Source: Candidatus Kerfeldbacteria bacterium
GTDB taxonomy: Bacteria > Patescibacteriota > Patescibacteriia > UBA9570 > XYC2-FULL-38-9
Direction of reading: 5' to 3'
DNA: 64,000 nt
Assembly (NCBI GenBank): GCA_016182555.1
Contig: JACPGJ010000007.1
Span: 64,053-128,052, forward strand
The notes below the pieces were generated by a model. It saw only the letters and a program-made list of their open reading frames with translations. It had not been told where the DNA came from and ran no database searches. This document shows, piece by piece, positions 9,959 to 20,436 of the stretch. A program made the position numbers and the translations under genes. The first letter of the stretch is position 1. Each line of letters opens with the position of its first letter.

Positions 9959-11995
9959 TTATTCGCCGCAATACACGGCAAACTGCTTATTCGGAATATT
10001 GCACGGCGAGACGAACCTCGCCCGATAGGTGCTCGCGTTCTCCGGAAGGATAATCGCGCGCACCATCTTGCCCGTGGTTTCGTCGATAATCGGCCAGCCC
10101 GTGCGGTATCCCGGACCGCTGTCCAAATCCTCAAATGGAATTCCTGAATCAATCGCGCCCAGAACGGCATGCCCATCGGTATCCACCCGCTGGAACCGAT
10201 CACAGCCGCCATAGATATCCTGATCCCAGTAATAATCCGGCACACCGTTTGGCGCCGGCACCCAATCGAGCAGCAGCGTTGCCGTTTTCTGCTCACGGTC
10301 GAGCTTGTAGACCGAAAGCGAGCTGTGCTCCGGGTCAGTCGGATCGTAATCCTGCCGCCCGGTTCCGTTGTTATGCGCGGTAAGAATATCTCCTGAAATC
10401 CGTGCATCATGGGCGTGGAAAAACCATTTCGAGTCTGAAGCCCAAGATCCATCCGGATAAAGCAAGGCGTAGCCTTGGTCCACACCAAAATAGCCTACCT
10501 CGCCGGTTGTCTTAGACACTGCGGCGATGTAATTTCGGTGTTTTGCACCGATGAAGAAAGAATCTTCGTCATCGCAGATGGTGTTGGCGTGATAATAGTC
10601 ACTCCCCCCGCCATAGTATCCGTCTCCGCAATAACAACCGTAGTAATTGCAGATCATATAAGAACAATATGTCGGCGTTCCGACATACGTTGAGTCATCG
10701 TCACCACTGCTGGGTGTAGCCCAAGGTGTTGGAGAATCAGTGCTCGGCGTGCAGGTTACTTCTCCTTCAGGTTCGGGCGTGGAATTATCGTAAGGAGTGC
10801 TGTCTCCTGCCGTCGCATCATCATCTCCGTCAGCGGGAGTTTCCATTGGAGTTGGTAATACCGAGTCATCTTCGTTAGTGAGCGGGCTATCAATGCCGTG
10901 AGCCAGCCCGTCTACACATCCGCTCCAGTACTGCTCCACTTGGCCACTTTCTGGATTGATAATGGCGCGACCGAAGCTCATCCAGCTCGTATCACCATCT
11001 ACACACGATTCACTTGTGAGAGCTTGGATGTAGCCCTCTGTGGTCCACTCCGCGTCGTGCGAATCATAGTAGACGCCGAGTTCAGAAACTTCCGGCATCT
11101 CTGCAGCGACATCTTCTGCCTGCATCAGCACTTCCCCGCGTAAATCTACGCGGGTAACACCACTGCCATATCCGTAGTATCCACAGGTGCTTCCCCCGCT
11201 CGAACCATACCATCCACTTCCACCTTCTGCGATGGTTTTCTCTGATGTGGTATTAGCCTGAAGATGATGATGCGGACGTGGTAGCTCTTTGTAGGAGTTT
11301 TCCGGAATAGACATCTTGGCCGATTCATATTCCGGGTACGTGTTTTCAGGAACACACCCTGTTCCAATCGGCGCAGAAATCAACGCTTCTGGGCGGCCAC
11401 CTTCTTCTCTGCCATGCGGCAGAAGTTCACAAATAAAGAATCCACCCGCCACTTCAACAGCAGCGCGGATCTGCCCGAACTGGTCAACGAGTACACATCC
11501 AGTGAAACTCAAACCGTTGGTCCAGTCGTAGAAGGAAACATGACCGAATACATATCCGGGCGCGTCTTTCGCTGTTGTACCGGCGAGCTGGAAGCCACCT
11601 TGCAACGCCGGCACATCGGGTTCAGTTCTGACACTGACCTCTCCCGTCGATTCACCCGATTTCGCGTAGCAGGTGTAGTCAGCGTCAGGTAGCAGGTAAT
11701 AAATTTCGTATTGACCGATATTTACAACAAGGCTGCTGACGCTGGGGAACGAAGCGTCTGATGGGTCGAGATTGACCTCACACCACACATCGCCACCCTT
11801 CTCATCCGGCCAGACAATATCAAGAATCACGTGATGCGCCCCAGTCTCCATGGGAGTGATCTCCGGAACGGGCACAAAAACCGGCACCGGGGTCGGAGTT
11901 GCTTCTGTAAGCGGCGGGCTGTGCTGCGCACAGGCGAAAAAGAAGCAGATGGCAAAAACAGAAAAAAACAGAGAACAATTGACCTTCACGTTCAT
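9959..11995 (-). CDS. Arylsulfotransferase (ASST)-like exported beta-propeller protein
   Basis: Lipoprotein-like N-terminus; SHDA, YHANTI, FHAHDA, HNNG, STYRAR motifs; low-complexity Pro/Thr/Asp linker. Confidence 0.6.
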   Translation of the reverse strand: MNVKVNCSLFFSVFAICFFFACAQHSPPLTEATPTPVPVFVPVPEITPMETGAHHVILDIVWPDEKGGDVWCEVNLDPSDASFPSVSSLVVNIGQYEIYYLLPDADYTCYAKSGESTGEVSVRTEPDVPALQGGFQLAGTTAKDAPGYVFGHVSFYDWTNGLSFTGCVLVDQFGQIRAAVEVAGGFFICELLPHGREEGGRPEALISAPIGTGCVPENTYPEYESAKMSIPENSYKELPRPHHHLQANTTSEKTIAEGGSGWYGSSGGSTCGYYGYGSGVTRVDLRGEVLMQAEDVAAEMPEVSELGVYYDSHDAEWTTEGYIQALTSESCVDGDTSWMSFGRAIINPESGQVEQYWSGCVDGLAHGIDSPLTNEDDSVLPTPMETPADGDDDATAGDSTPYDNSTPEPEGEVTCTPSTDSPTPWATPSSGDDDSTYVGTPTYCSYMICNYYGCYCGDGYYGGGSDYYHANTICDDEDSFFIGAKHRNYIAAVSKTTGEVGYFGVDQGYALLYPDGSWASDSKWFFHAHDARISGDILTAHNNGTGRQDYDPTDPEHSSLSVYKLDREQKTATLLLDWVPAPNGVPDYYWDQDIYGGCDRFQRVDTDGHAVLGAIDSGIPFEDLDSGPGYRTGWPIIDETTGKMVRAIILPENASTYRARFVSPCNIPNKQFAVYCGE

Positions 11996-12019
11996 GGCAG
12001 AGTCTCCTTGGTTGAACAG

Positions 12020-13579
12020 TTACTGCAGTGCTCCAAAATCACCCGGATTCATAATTCGGGCTTGATAGGACTGACCTAACTGGTTTGTAATCAGCACACC
12101 TCCTTTCTCTTGCGTCATGTCTTCGTTTACGAAAATCCAACCGCTGGCCATTTGGCCCGAATCAGTCGGATATCCTTTATATACATCAACAAGCCTCAGC
12201 CCGTTGATGTCAGTATCAACAGAACCCATAACGGGCTGACTCGTTTCCGGGTCAGGGTACCAAAGCGAGAGCACCTGAGCGGTGCGTGCTTCAACATCTA
12301 CATCCAGCACCAGTGCTTCACTGTGGCCATCGACCCCATCGGCATCTTCGTTCCATCCATTGTTAAATATGGTCACGTGGTCGAATGGGTCAAGACGAAC
12401 ATCATGCTGGTGAACGAGAGGTGACACAATGGAACTTCCATTCGGATCGGACCAGGTAAACTGATTCGATTCACCACCCATGATCCAGCTAATGTCCGCA
12501 AAATTGAGTCCGTTGTCCAGGTTGAGCGAGATGATCTCGCTCTGACTCCGAAGCGAGATCCATAAATGTCCATCCTCACAGTTATCACACAGTGAGTTTG
12601 GGTGGTATGGATCATTCTCGAAATCCAACCAGTCAAGTTCGCCATCTTCCGGCGGCTGAGGGTTTTCTACAACGTAGAAGCCCTGTGCGTTGCCATGGTT
12701 GGCGAGGTATTCTTCGCTGCACCAGTAATCAACAACACTGCCATCTTTCGCATACTGAACAATAAGAACAGAATAATATTCCTCCTCTCCGGCTTCGTTA
12801 CTCACGACCCCGGTTTTGAAGGTAATCATTCCACTATCTTTCGTTGCGATCGTGGCATGCGTCTCACCGAATCCGCTGTCGTGTTCACACACGGGTTCTG
12901 CGGAAAGAGTTGCGCTCGTTTGCTGCCCCATCAACGAGACCCTGCCAGGGATGCCCTCTGCACAAGGAAATGGGATTCCTTGGTAATAAATGTAGCATTC
13001 ATCACCTGGATCCGGATCCGTGAGTGCTGCAACAAGAAACTGCAATTCACCATCGCTGGTGTATTCAGTTTGAATGCTGCCGCCGTTGGTTGCTTGGTAG
13101 TACCAACGCACCCGACCCTGCGCGTCGACCACCACATAGTAGTGAAACCAATCGCCACTGTACGTGGCAACAGAATACTGCCCGGCGATCCAGGGTAGGT
13201 CGTCTTGATTGTTGCTGAGCGGCGCGAACGCGTGCTGCAGTTGAGAAGGCAGCTCGGGCGTAGTGAATTCGACCGCCTTCACGCACTCTGCAGAACAGCT
13301 GTATGCCGTGTTAGGAAGAAGTCCGGAAAACTGATACTGATACGTGCCAGTCTCCGAATTTTCTTTCACCGCAACTGCTGTTCGCGTGTCGTCATCAGCC
13401 ATACAAGTGATGTTCAAATCATCATCAGATGCCATGACCACAGCGGTGTTCGCGATTGATGAAATAACCTCCAATGGTACGATTGTCGCACAGGTCTGCG
13501 TCGACGACATATTTTCTTTTTCACACCCCACAAGAGAAAGAGCAACAAGAGCGACAAGCGCAGTGATGTTCAAACGCAT
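12020..13579 (-). CDS. Arylsulfotransferase (ASST)-like lipoprotein with an Fn3-like N-terminus
   Basis: Lipobox LVGC; GLLPNTAY; VDAQGRVRWY; YHPNSL, WISLRSQS, HQHDV, FNNG, SYQAR. Confidence 0.7.
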   Translation of the reverse strand: MRLNITALVALVALSLVGCEKENMSSTQTCATIVPLEVISSIANTAVVMASDDDLNITCMADDDTRTAVAVKENSETGTYQYQFSGLLPNTAYSCSAECVKAVEFTTPELPSQLQHAFAPLSNNQDDLPWIAGQYSVATYSGDWFHYYVVVDAQGRVRWYYQATNGGSIQTEYTSDGELQFLVAALTDPDPGDECYIYYQGIPFPCAEGIPGRVSLMGQQTSATLSAEPVCEHDSGFGETHATIATKDSGMITFKTGVVSNEAGEEEYYSVLIVQYAKDGSVVDYWCSEEYLANHGNAQGFYVVENPQPPEDGELDWLDFENDPYHPNSLCDNCEDGHLWISLRSQSEIISLNLDNGLNFADISWIMGGESNQFTWSDPNGSSIVSPLVHQHDVRLDPFDHVTIFNNGWNEDADGVDGHSEALVLDVDVEARTAQVLSLWYPDPETSQPVMGSVDTDINGLRLVDVYKGYPTDSGQMASGWIFVNEDMTQEKGGVLITNQLGQSYQARIMNPGDFGALQ

Positions 13580-13965
13580 AACTCATTTCCTTTCAAGGAG
13601 CAAGGGATTTGAGAGAAATAAAAAGAGATCGATATGATTCTCCTTTATACTGGCACCCTGCACAGCCAGGAAATAAGCTCCTCATTTCCTACACTCGTGG
13701 CTGTTCATTATAAATGTAATAGAGATAGAACTCTATCTCTACTGTATAATTCAAATACAATCAAAATGTTACACTGCGGACATAACTCACGCGTAGCTGT
13801 ATATAGAGTATTACGGTTGAGCAACTAAAAATGTGACTCCGCTTAAGAAGCCACACGCGAATAACAGGTAGAAATCAATTCGTGGTGTTCGTCATCATTT
13901 AGCTGATGCTTTTTCACACCGAACACCGCCAGCACAATACATCAACACTTTCTTTTCACGCAACT

Positions 13966-14703
13966 CTATTCCACATCTTTGAGCGTAGCGGAAGCAAGAA
14001 AAAGAAGTACCAGCGCATACCCCACAAGAATAGCAATATTACTCCAATGATCAACAAACATTTCACCGCGCAACACAATCCCTTTAATAATATCGAATGC
14101 ATAATAGACCGGGAAAATATGGCCCAGCCAATCAGCCCAGACTGGTAAACGATCATTATCAATTAATAATCCAGACAAAAAAATAGATGGAAGAATAAAT
14201 AAGGGAATAAAAGGAAATACCTGCGCTTCGCTACGGGCAAACGTAGAAACAAGTATACCGAGCATGACGGAATCAATAGCGAGCAACCAAATTGGCAAAA
14301 ACAACGATAAGATTGTTTGGGCGCTGTAATCCAAGTGGAAGAGTAATAACGCTTCCCCTAAAGCAACAGCCGCTTGTAGTGTTGCTAATCCAAGATACCC
14401 AATCACATAACCAGAAATGATGCTACGTTTATGAAACCCACTGACAAACATCCTCTCCAGGGTACCTTGCGATCGCTCTTGCACTAATACCATCGCACAC
14501 AACAAAAATGCAAAAAAATACACAAGGAAACCTGCGATCGGCACGACATACCTCTCTACCGGAAATCCATCGGCCATCGTATCAAAAAATAATTTCAAGA
14601 AAAAAATAATAATGAGTGGCGCAACAATAGAAAGCGCGAGAAAGCGTTTATCGCGACGGAGTTGATGAACCACTTTTTGTGCAACAATAATGGTGTGTGT
14701 CAT
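13966..14703 (-). CDS. ABC-2 type exporter permease
   Basis: ERSQGTLER motif; about 6 TM segments; adjacent ATPase gene. Confidence 0.9.
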   Translation of the reverse strand: MTHTIIVAQKVVHQLRRDKRFLALSIVAPLIIIFFLKLFFDTMADGFPVERYVVPIAGFLVYFFAFLLCAMVLVQERSQGTLERMFVSGFHKRSIISGYVIGYLGLATLQAAVALGEALLLFHLDYSAQTILSLFLPIWLLAIDSVMLGILVSTFARSEAQVFPFIPLFILPSIFLSGLLIDNDRLPVWADWLGHIFPVYYAFDIIKGIVLRGEMFVDHWSNIAILVGYALVLLFLASATLKDVE

Positions 14704-15554
14704 AATTTTTCTTCTTGTTTGTTGACGAGCGAAAGAATAATCGATTCCAGTGAATCTTGTTGAAGGGCAACGGCCTGCACATCGGGAGACAACCCATACT
14801 GATGCAAATGATTCGCAAGAGCTTCAGGAGTAGAAGCGATTTGTGTTGTCTGTTTTTGCGTTCCCTGCTGCACTACCACCCGTGTTTTTCCACGTTGCAA
14901 AATATGTTGTGGTGTATCCACAGCAATCATCTGGCCACGCCGCAAAATAGCCACCGAATCGCACAGCAGCGCTTCATCCATTAAATGTGTGCTAATAAAT
15001 AACGTCATTCCACGCCCAGCCATCTCACGAAAAAAATCCCATGAGCGAGCTTTTAAGTGTGGGTCAACAGCGGCCGTTGGCTCATCTAACAACAACATTT
15101 CCGGGTCATGGATGAGGGCACACGCCAACGATACACGTTTTTTCATACCACCGGAAAATGTATGCACGGGGTCATTGGCGCGGTCACGCAGTTCCGTAAA
15201 ATCTAAAATCTCATCGAGCTTTTTGTTCAGCTGCAGCGTATGATGCGCCCGCCCAAAAAACGCAATATTTTCGCGGGCAGACAAATCTTCATATAACGCT
15301 GCCGACTGTGGCATATATCCAATTCGTTTACGTAAACTCCAGCGGTCATGAATGGGGTCCAAATTAAACACACGAATCGTGCCCGCGTTTGGGCACAGAC
15401 TGCCGACCAACGCTTTAATCAATGTCGACTTCCCTGCGCCATTTGGCCCAACCAACCCATAAATCGCTCCTTTTTCAACAGAAAAATCTACGCCACGCAG
15501 CGCTTCTATTTTGCCGTATCGTTTGCGTAAACCTGCAATTTCTATGACTGGCAT
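14700..15554 (-). CDS. ABC transporter ATP-binding protein
   Basis: GPNGAGKS, FSGGMKKR, LLLDEPT. Confidence 0.95.
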   Translation of the reverse strand: MPVIEIAGLRKRYGKIEALRGVDFSVEKGAIYGLVGPNGAGKSTLIKALVGSLCPNAGTIRVFNLDPIHDRWSLRKRIGYMPQSAALYEDLSARENIAFFGRAHHTLQLNKKLDEILDFTELRDRANDPVHTFSGGMKKRVSLACALIHDPEMLLLDEPTAAVDPHLKARSWDFFREMAGRGMTLFISTHLMDEALLCDSVAILRRGQMIAVDTPQHILQRGKTRVVVQQGTQKQTTQIASTPEALANHLHQYGLSPDVQAVALQQDSLESIILSLVNKQEEKL

Positions 15555-15631
15555 ATCATAAAAATAATACCATAACAACAGCAAAATTGGTAACCGAATT
15601 TTCAATATTGTATACTCAATGCATATCTTCT

Positions 15632-16210
15632 ATGGACACCCAAATCATCAATTTTTTGTCGCACCACCACGTCTCTATTATATTCTTAGGCGCGTTTTTC
15701 TTTGGCGAAACTGTTATTATTGCTGCAGCCTATCTTGCCGCACAAGGGCTATGGTCGCCAGCCACGGTTTTCCTCTTGGCATTCTTTGGCACCATGGCTT
15801 CAGATATCTGCTGGTTTTGGATCGGTGGAAAATTTCATGGCGCCATTGAAAAACGTGCGTCTTACCAGGTACAACAACAAAAATACGCCCACTTCTTGAA
15901 AAAACTCACTGGTGAAAAACCGTTTTTAGCTTTACTATTTATTAAATTTCTCTACGGCACGCGCATTCTTACTCTGCTCTATCTTTCTATGCGCAAAGTT
16001 CGCATGCGATACTTGGTGATATACAATGCTATTGGTACAATATTCTGGCTAGCCGTTATTATTCCGATAGGTTGGCTGACACAAAAAGGATTAACGACCG
16101 CCGTTCCGCTACTGGGAAAACTGGAATACTCGTTGCTCGGCATTCTTATGCTCATCATACTCATCAAAATTCTCTTTTTATGGATCAACCGCATCACGAT
16201 AGAAAAGTAA
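15632..16210 (+). CDS. DedA/VTT-family membrane protein
   Basis: FFGETVIIAAAYLA and KFLYGTR motifs. Confidence 0.85.
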   Translation: MDTQIINFLSHHHVSIIFLGAFFFGETVIIAAAYLAAQGLWSPATVFLLAFFGTMASDICWFWIGGKFHGAIEKRASYQVQQQKYAHFLKKLTGEKPFLALLFIKFLYGTRILTLLYLSMRKVRMRYLVIYNAIGTIFWLAVIIPIGWLTQKGLTTAVPLLGKLEYSLLGILMLIILIKILFLWINRITIEK

Positions 16211-17067
16211 GCGCCATTGTCGCCGCATATAATGAAGAAGCACGCATTGGTGCTGTATTAGATTTGCTGACCACTTGCTCACATCTTGATGAAGTTATTG
16301 TGGTGAATGATGGTTCGACAGATAAAACAGAAGCAGTAGTAAAACGTTACCCAACGGTGCGATACACCAAACACGCTACGAACCGCGGAAAAGGCGCCGC
16401 TATCGATACTGGAGTTCAACTTGCGGGGCATGATGTACTCTTTTTTTGTGATGCAGATATTTCTGGACTAACGCACAACATGATTCAACAAATGACTGAA
16501 CCCGTGACCAGCGGCCGAGTGGAGATGTTTATTGGCATGCGTAATAGAAAAATATATTTGGTACGATATTTTCTCTCTTTTGTTCCGCTCGTTGGTGGCG
16601 AACGTGCACTCACCAAAAACCTCTGGCAATCGTTACCTGCGAAATATAAAGAACGATTTAAAATAGAAGCTGCGCTGAATTTCTATGCCGCGTACGAAGG
16701 AAAAGGATTTGATTATTGCTTTTTTTCCGGCGTCACACAAACAATCAAAGAAAAAAAATATGGATTAGGGCACGGTTTTACTCAACGCATGCAGATGTAC
16801 GCAGAAATTACAGTTCTCGTATTTCAGTTGCAATTACAAGAACCGCCGCATGTTCTTCGCACACGCCGCTTACTCTGGTTGGGCTTATTGCGCAATATCG
16901 TTGGCATAGCCATTGGCAGTATCATCATGCGTCTATGGCCACTGCTTATTCCGGTTGGATTATTTCTTATTATAGTGAACATGCTATTTTTTGCTTTAAG
17001 CGCACGCAACCTCGTACGAACATTTCACCTATTTTCTCACATACAAGGCGCTCCTCCCAAATACTAA
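16180..17067 (+). CDS. Glycosyltransferase family 2
   Basis: AYNEE, VVNDGSTD, NRGKG, FCDAD; C-terminal TM segments. Confidence 0.9.
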   Translation: MDQPHHDRKVSAIVAAYNEEARIGAVLDLLTTCSHLDEVIVVNDGSTDKTEAVVKRYPTVRYTKHATNRGKGAAIDTGVQLAGHDVLFFCDADISGLTHNMIQQMTEPVTSGRVEMFIGMRNRKIYLVRYFLSFVPLVGGERALTKNLWQSLPAKYKERFKIEAALNFYAAYEGKGFDYCFFSGVTQTIKEKKYGLGHGFTQRMQMYAEITVLVFQLQLQEPPHVLRTRRLLWLGLLRNIVGIAIGSIIMRLWPLLIPVGLFLIIVNMLFFALSARNLVRTFHLFSHIQGAPPKY

Positions 17068-17072
17068 GTTGC

Positions 17073-17984
17073 TTATTCACAAGCCATAGCATTACGCAAC
17101 TGCTGTAAATTTTCTTCCATAATAGACACATAGGTTTTGCCATTTTTTTGATCGTCTGCTGATACGCCTTCAATCGGATCGAGTATAGCTGTCTGCGCGC
17201 CTACTTCACGCGCAATTGTTTCTGCCAATTTCGGGCTCACCAATGTTTCAAAAAAAATGTATTGAATATGCTTTTCTTGTACGAGTGTCGCAATCTCGCC
17301 CATGGTCTTTGGCGACGGCTCTTCTTCAGGTGAAATGCCCGTAATAGGAATAATGGAAAAATGATACCGCCGTGCCAGATAACCAAATGCATCATGCGAA
17401 ACGACGATATCCTGTATACGGCAATGTTGTAACGATTGTTGATATTGTTGATCCAGATTCGCTAATTGCGCAATATAATTTTCACTATTTTGTGTATATG
17501 TCGCTGCGTGCGTTGGGTCCACAGCCACCAGCGCTGATGCTAATGCGCGAACTTCTTTTTGTGCCAATACTGGGTCCAACCAAAAATGCGGATCACTCGC
17601 AACATATTGACCATCATTCTCTAACACATTGCTCATGGTGATAACAGAAACACCAGCCGCTTCTAATTCTGCGGTTTGCTCTTGCGCCCACTGGTCCATA
17701 CCTGCACCATTCACCAGAAATAACTGGCTGTTGTGTATTGCCGCAATATCACGCGGGCTGGGTTCAAAATCATGCGGTTCACTTCCTGCAGGGACAATCG
17801 TATGCACGCTCACCAGGTCTCCCCCAACGTGCTGCGCAAAATGCGCCAATGGGTAAAACGTTGCGCTGATAATGACAGTATCTCCGGCAGTGTCCGTTTC
17901 TCTATGTCTAGAGATCCACCAACCACCTGCCAACAGCAACAACACGCAAATGACAAATACCAGAAATAGTTTATTCAATTTCAT
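17073..17984 (-). CDS. Zn/Mn ABC transporter substrate-binding protein (ZnuA/AdcA-like)
   Basis: EPHDFEP, DPHFWLDP, VSHDAFGY. Confidence 0.92.
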   Translation of the reverse strand: MKLNKLFLVFVICVLLLLAGGWWISRHRETDTAGDTVIISATFYPLAHFAQHVGGDLVSVHTIVPAGSEPHDFEPSPRDIAAIHNSQLFLVNGAGMDQWAQEQTAELEAAGVSVITMSNVLENDGQYVASDPHFWLDPVLAQKEVRALASALVAVDPTHAATYTQNSENYIAQLANLDQQYQQSLQHCRIQDIVVSHDAFGYLARRYHFSIIPITGISPEEEPSPKTMGEIATLVQEKHIQYIFFETLVSPKLAETIAREVGAQTAILDPIEGVSADDQKNGKTYVSIMEENLQQLRNAMACE

Positions 17985-18094
17985 ATTGATGATGATTACT
18001 CATATCCACATCATAATGCAACTCAGTTGCATTTGCAAATACGCTGTGTGGATAACATTGCTCTTATGAATAAAATTGCCTATACTATATGTAT

Positions 18095-19141
18095 ATGGAA
18101 TTCAAAAAAATTCAAACCGTACTGTTCTTTATACTTCTTTTCGCCGTAGGCATTGTATTCTTTCACATGATTTCGCCATTCTTATTCGCCGTATTCTGGG
18201 CAGCGGTCATGGCGACTATTTTCTACCCGGTCTATCGCGGCTTGCTCAAAATATTGAAACGCCCATCTGTATCTGCTGGTGTTACTCTGCTGATTGCGCT
18301 TATTTTGGTGCTCATTCCCCTGCTCGGCATTTTTGGGTTAATTGTGAAGCAAGCCATTGGCACGTATGCAAAAATTAGCGATCCCGCAACAATTGTCTCT
18401 ATTAAAAACACTATCGAATCATTTGCGGCAAATCCGCTGGTTGCCAAAGCCTTGGAAAACGTGAATGTGGAAGAAAAATTACGCAGCGCGTCAAGCATGA
18501 TTACGCGGAACGGTATTGAATGGTTAAAAATTGGATCGCAAAACACGCTCTCGGCAATACTCTCGCTATTTGTCATGTTGTATTCCATGTTTTTCTTTTT
18601 GAAAGACGGTCCGGCATGGTTGAAGCACCTGATGCATCTGCTTCCATTTGGTGATAAAAACGAAGAACTGCTCTACGATAAATTTGCTTCTGCGGCGAAG
18701 GGAACGTTGAAAGGGACTATTTTAATTGGGTCGCTACAAGGAACATTGGGTGCGATATTTCTCGCCATTGTTGGTATTCCCTCTGCTATTTTTTGGGGCT
18801 TAATGATTACGATATTTTGTATTATCCCTGCGGCTGGTTCTGCCGTGGTTTTGGTGCCAGCGATTATTTACGAATTAGTGACCGGAAGAATATGGCAAGC
18901 CGTGATCCTGATTGTTGGATTAGTGGTGGTAGGGTTGATCGATAACTTGGTGCGTCCGCCACTGGTTGGCAAAGATATTGAAATGCACCCATTGATGATC
19001 TTGTTTTCAACACTCGGCGGCTTAGCGCTGTTTGGTATTTCGGGTGTCGTCATTGGCCCGATTATTGCCACATTCTTTTTTGCGGTACTCGAAATGTACG
19101 AGAATAAATACAAAAAAGAATTAGATAGTTCACGAACATAA
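18095..19141 (+). CDS. AI-2E family transporter
   Basis: FFFLKDG, DNLVRPPLVG, HPLMILFSTLGG, GVVIGP. Confidence 0.9.
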   Translation: MEFKKIQTVLFFILLFAVGIVFFHMISPFLFAVFWAAVMATIFYPVYRGLLKILKRPSVSAGVTLLIALILVLIPLLGIFGLIVKQAIGTYAKISDPATIVSIKNTIESFAANPLVAKALENVNVEEKLRSASSMITRNGIEWLKIGSQNTLSAILSLFVMLYSMFFFLKDGPAWLKHLMHLLPFGDKNEELLYDKFASAAKGTLKGTILIGSLQGTLGAIFLAIVGIPSAIFWGLMITIFCIIPAAGSAVVLVPAIIYELVTGRIWQAVILIVGLVVVGLIDNLVRPPLVGKDIEMHPLMILFSTLGGLALFGISGVVIGPIIATFFFAVLEMYENKYKKELDSSRT

Positions 19142-19266
19142 GAAATATTTCTCTTTCACTGCATACCTTCAGCAGAAGATAGAAAATGAAAGGGAACCTG
19201 ACATACGAGCGGTGCGCGGCGGCGGAGGGCAGCTGCGGAGTGTCGTTGGCAGGTGGAGAGGCGGGG

Positions 19267-20040
19267 TTAGGGCAGCAGGGCGGCCTGGATCTGATCGGGG
19301 CTCCAGAAACGGTACTGGGCGGCCGTCGAGCTCGGAGCGCGAACGGTGTCACCGAGCAGCTCGCAGGCGCGGAACGAGTCCGCAGTCAGTTCGCTGATGC
19401 CACCGATTCCGGACAGCGCAGCGACGACCGGCTCAGTGGGCACCAGGTCGAAGATGAGCTGACCATTGACCGAGGCACGCACTGAGGAGGGTCGAACTTC
19501 GACGCTAAGCGTATAGTATTGCCCGGTTTCGAATTGATATGCTTTCGAAATGCCCGCACAGTCGGTGCAGAGAGTGATGCCTCCTGTCGGGAAATTCATA
19601 AACGCCGTGTCCGGATCGATGAGAAAGAAATTCCACTCATCGCCACCGAGACCGATCTCCGGATCAAAACCGAAGTAGATTCCCGCGGTGCCGAAGTCAT
19701 AGGCGTCGAGATGCTCCATTGCCTGAATGGTTTCGACCACATAAGCCTGAGGCAAATCGATATCTACCAATGAAACAGCGGGCTCCCCAGTACCGAGGTA
19801 GTACCCCTGCCCATCGAGTGACCATTCACCCGCGTAGGGCGTCCAGGCGGTATTGGCGACGTTGAATCCGTCCTGAAACAACCGGCGTCCTACGGCTGGA
19901 TTGGCATCATCACAGTCTGTTTTGGTCGGTACGCCATCGCCGTCTGCATCAGTTGGGGCAGCGTGGATACTACCCGCCGTCCAATACAGAAGAGCGCAAA
20001 ACAGACTGGTGGAGCCGAGAATACACATCAGTCGATTCAT
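19267..20040 (-). CDS. Secreted protein with a putative metal-binding DxDGDG..DCDD motif and a beta-sandwich domain, GC-rich
   Basis: Signal peptide; DADGDGVPTKTDCDDANP; AGGAG RBS before MNRLMC. Confidence 0.65.
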   Translation of the reverse strand: MNRLMCILGSTSLFCALLYWTAGSIHAAPTDADGDGVPTKTDCDDANPAVGRRLFQDGFNVANTAWTPYAGEWSLDGQGYYLGTGEPAVSLVDIDLPQAYVVETIQAMEHLDAYDFGTAGIYFGFDPEIGLGGDEWNFFLIDPDTAFMNFPTGGITLCTDCAGISKAYQFETGQYYTLSVEVRPSSVRASVNGQLIFDLVPTEPVVAALSGIGGISELTADSFRACELLGDTVRAPSSTAAQYRFWSPDQIQAALLP

Positions 20041-20370
20041 GGTAATACTCCTAACACGACATTCAACGGAGCGGACACACGACAGGTGCGCCGCTATCAT
20101 AAGGTGCCTTGTTCTTGCACCCAGCAAACAGCAGTGAACTCATTCGTTCACTTCACTTTGCTGAGCACAAGCCTACCCATTCCTTTTATAAAAGAACACG
20201 GTTCTATTCCTTCTCCTCATCTTCATAGAATTCCTCCGTTAAGAATGAAAAACCTGTTTTTAAGCAAACAAGTTGGCAAAATTCTATAGTAGAGGTGACC
20301 TCTGTGTCAATGCATAAACATTGAAGTTATCCCCACCCATACAAACTTCAAAAACGATCACCAAAAAGAA

Positions 20371-20395
20371 AACGCGGAGGAATTTCCCCCGCGTT
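20371..20395 (-). terminator. Intrinsic terminator of the DUF4430 operon
   Basis: AACGCGG...CCGCGTT hairpin with a T-rich run on the minus strand. Confidence 0.6.
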
Positions 20396-20436
20396 ACCAC
20401 TCAATAAGACGTAAACTCGTTACACTTCAGTTTATA

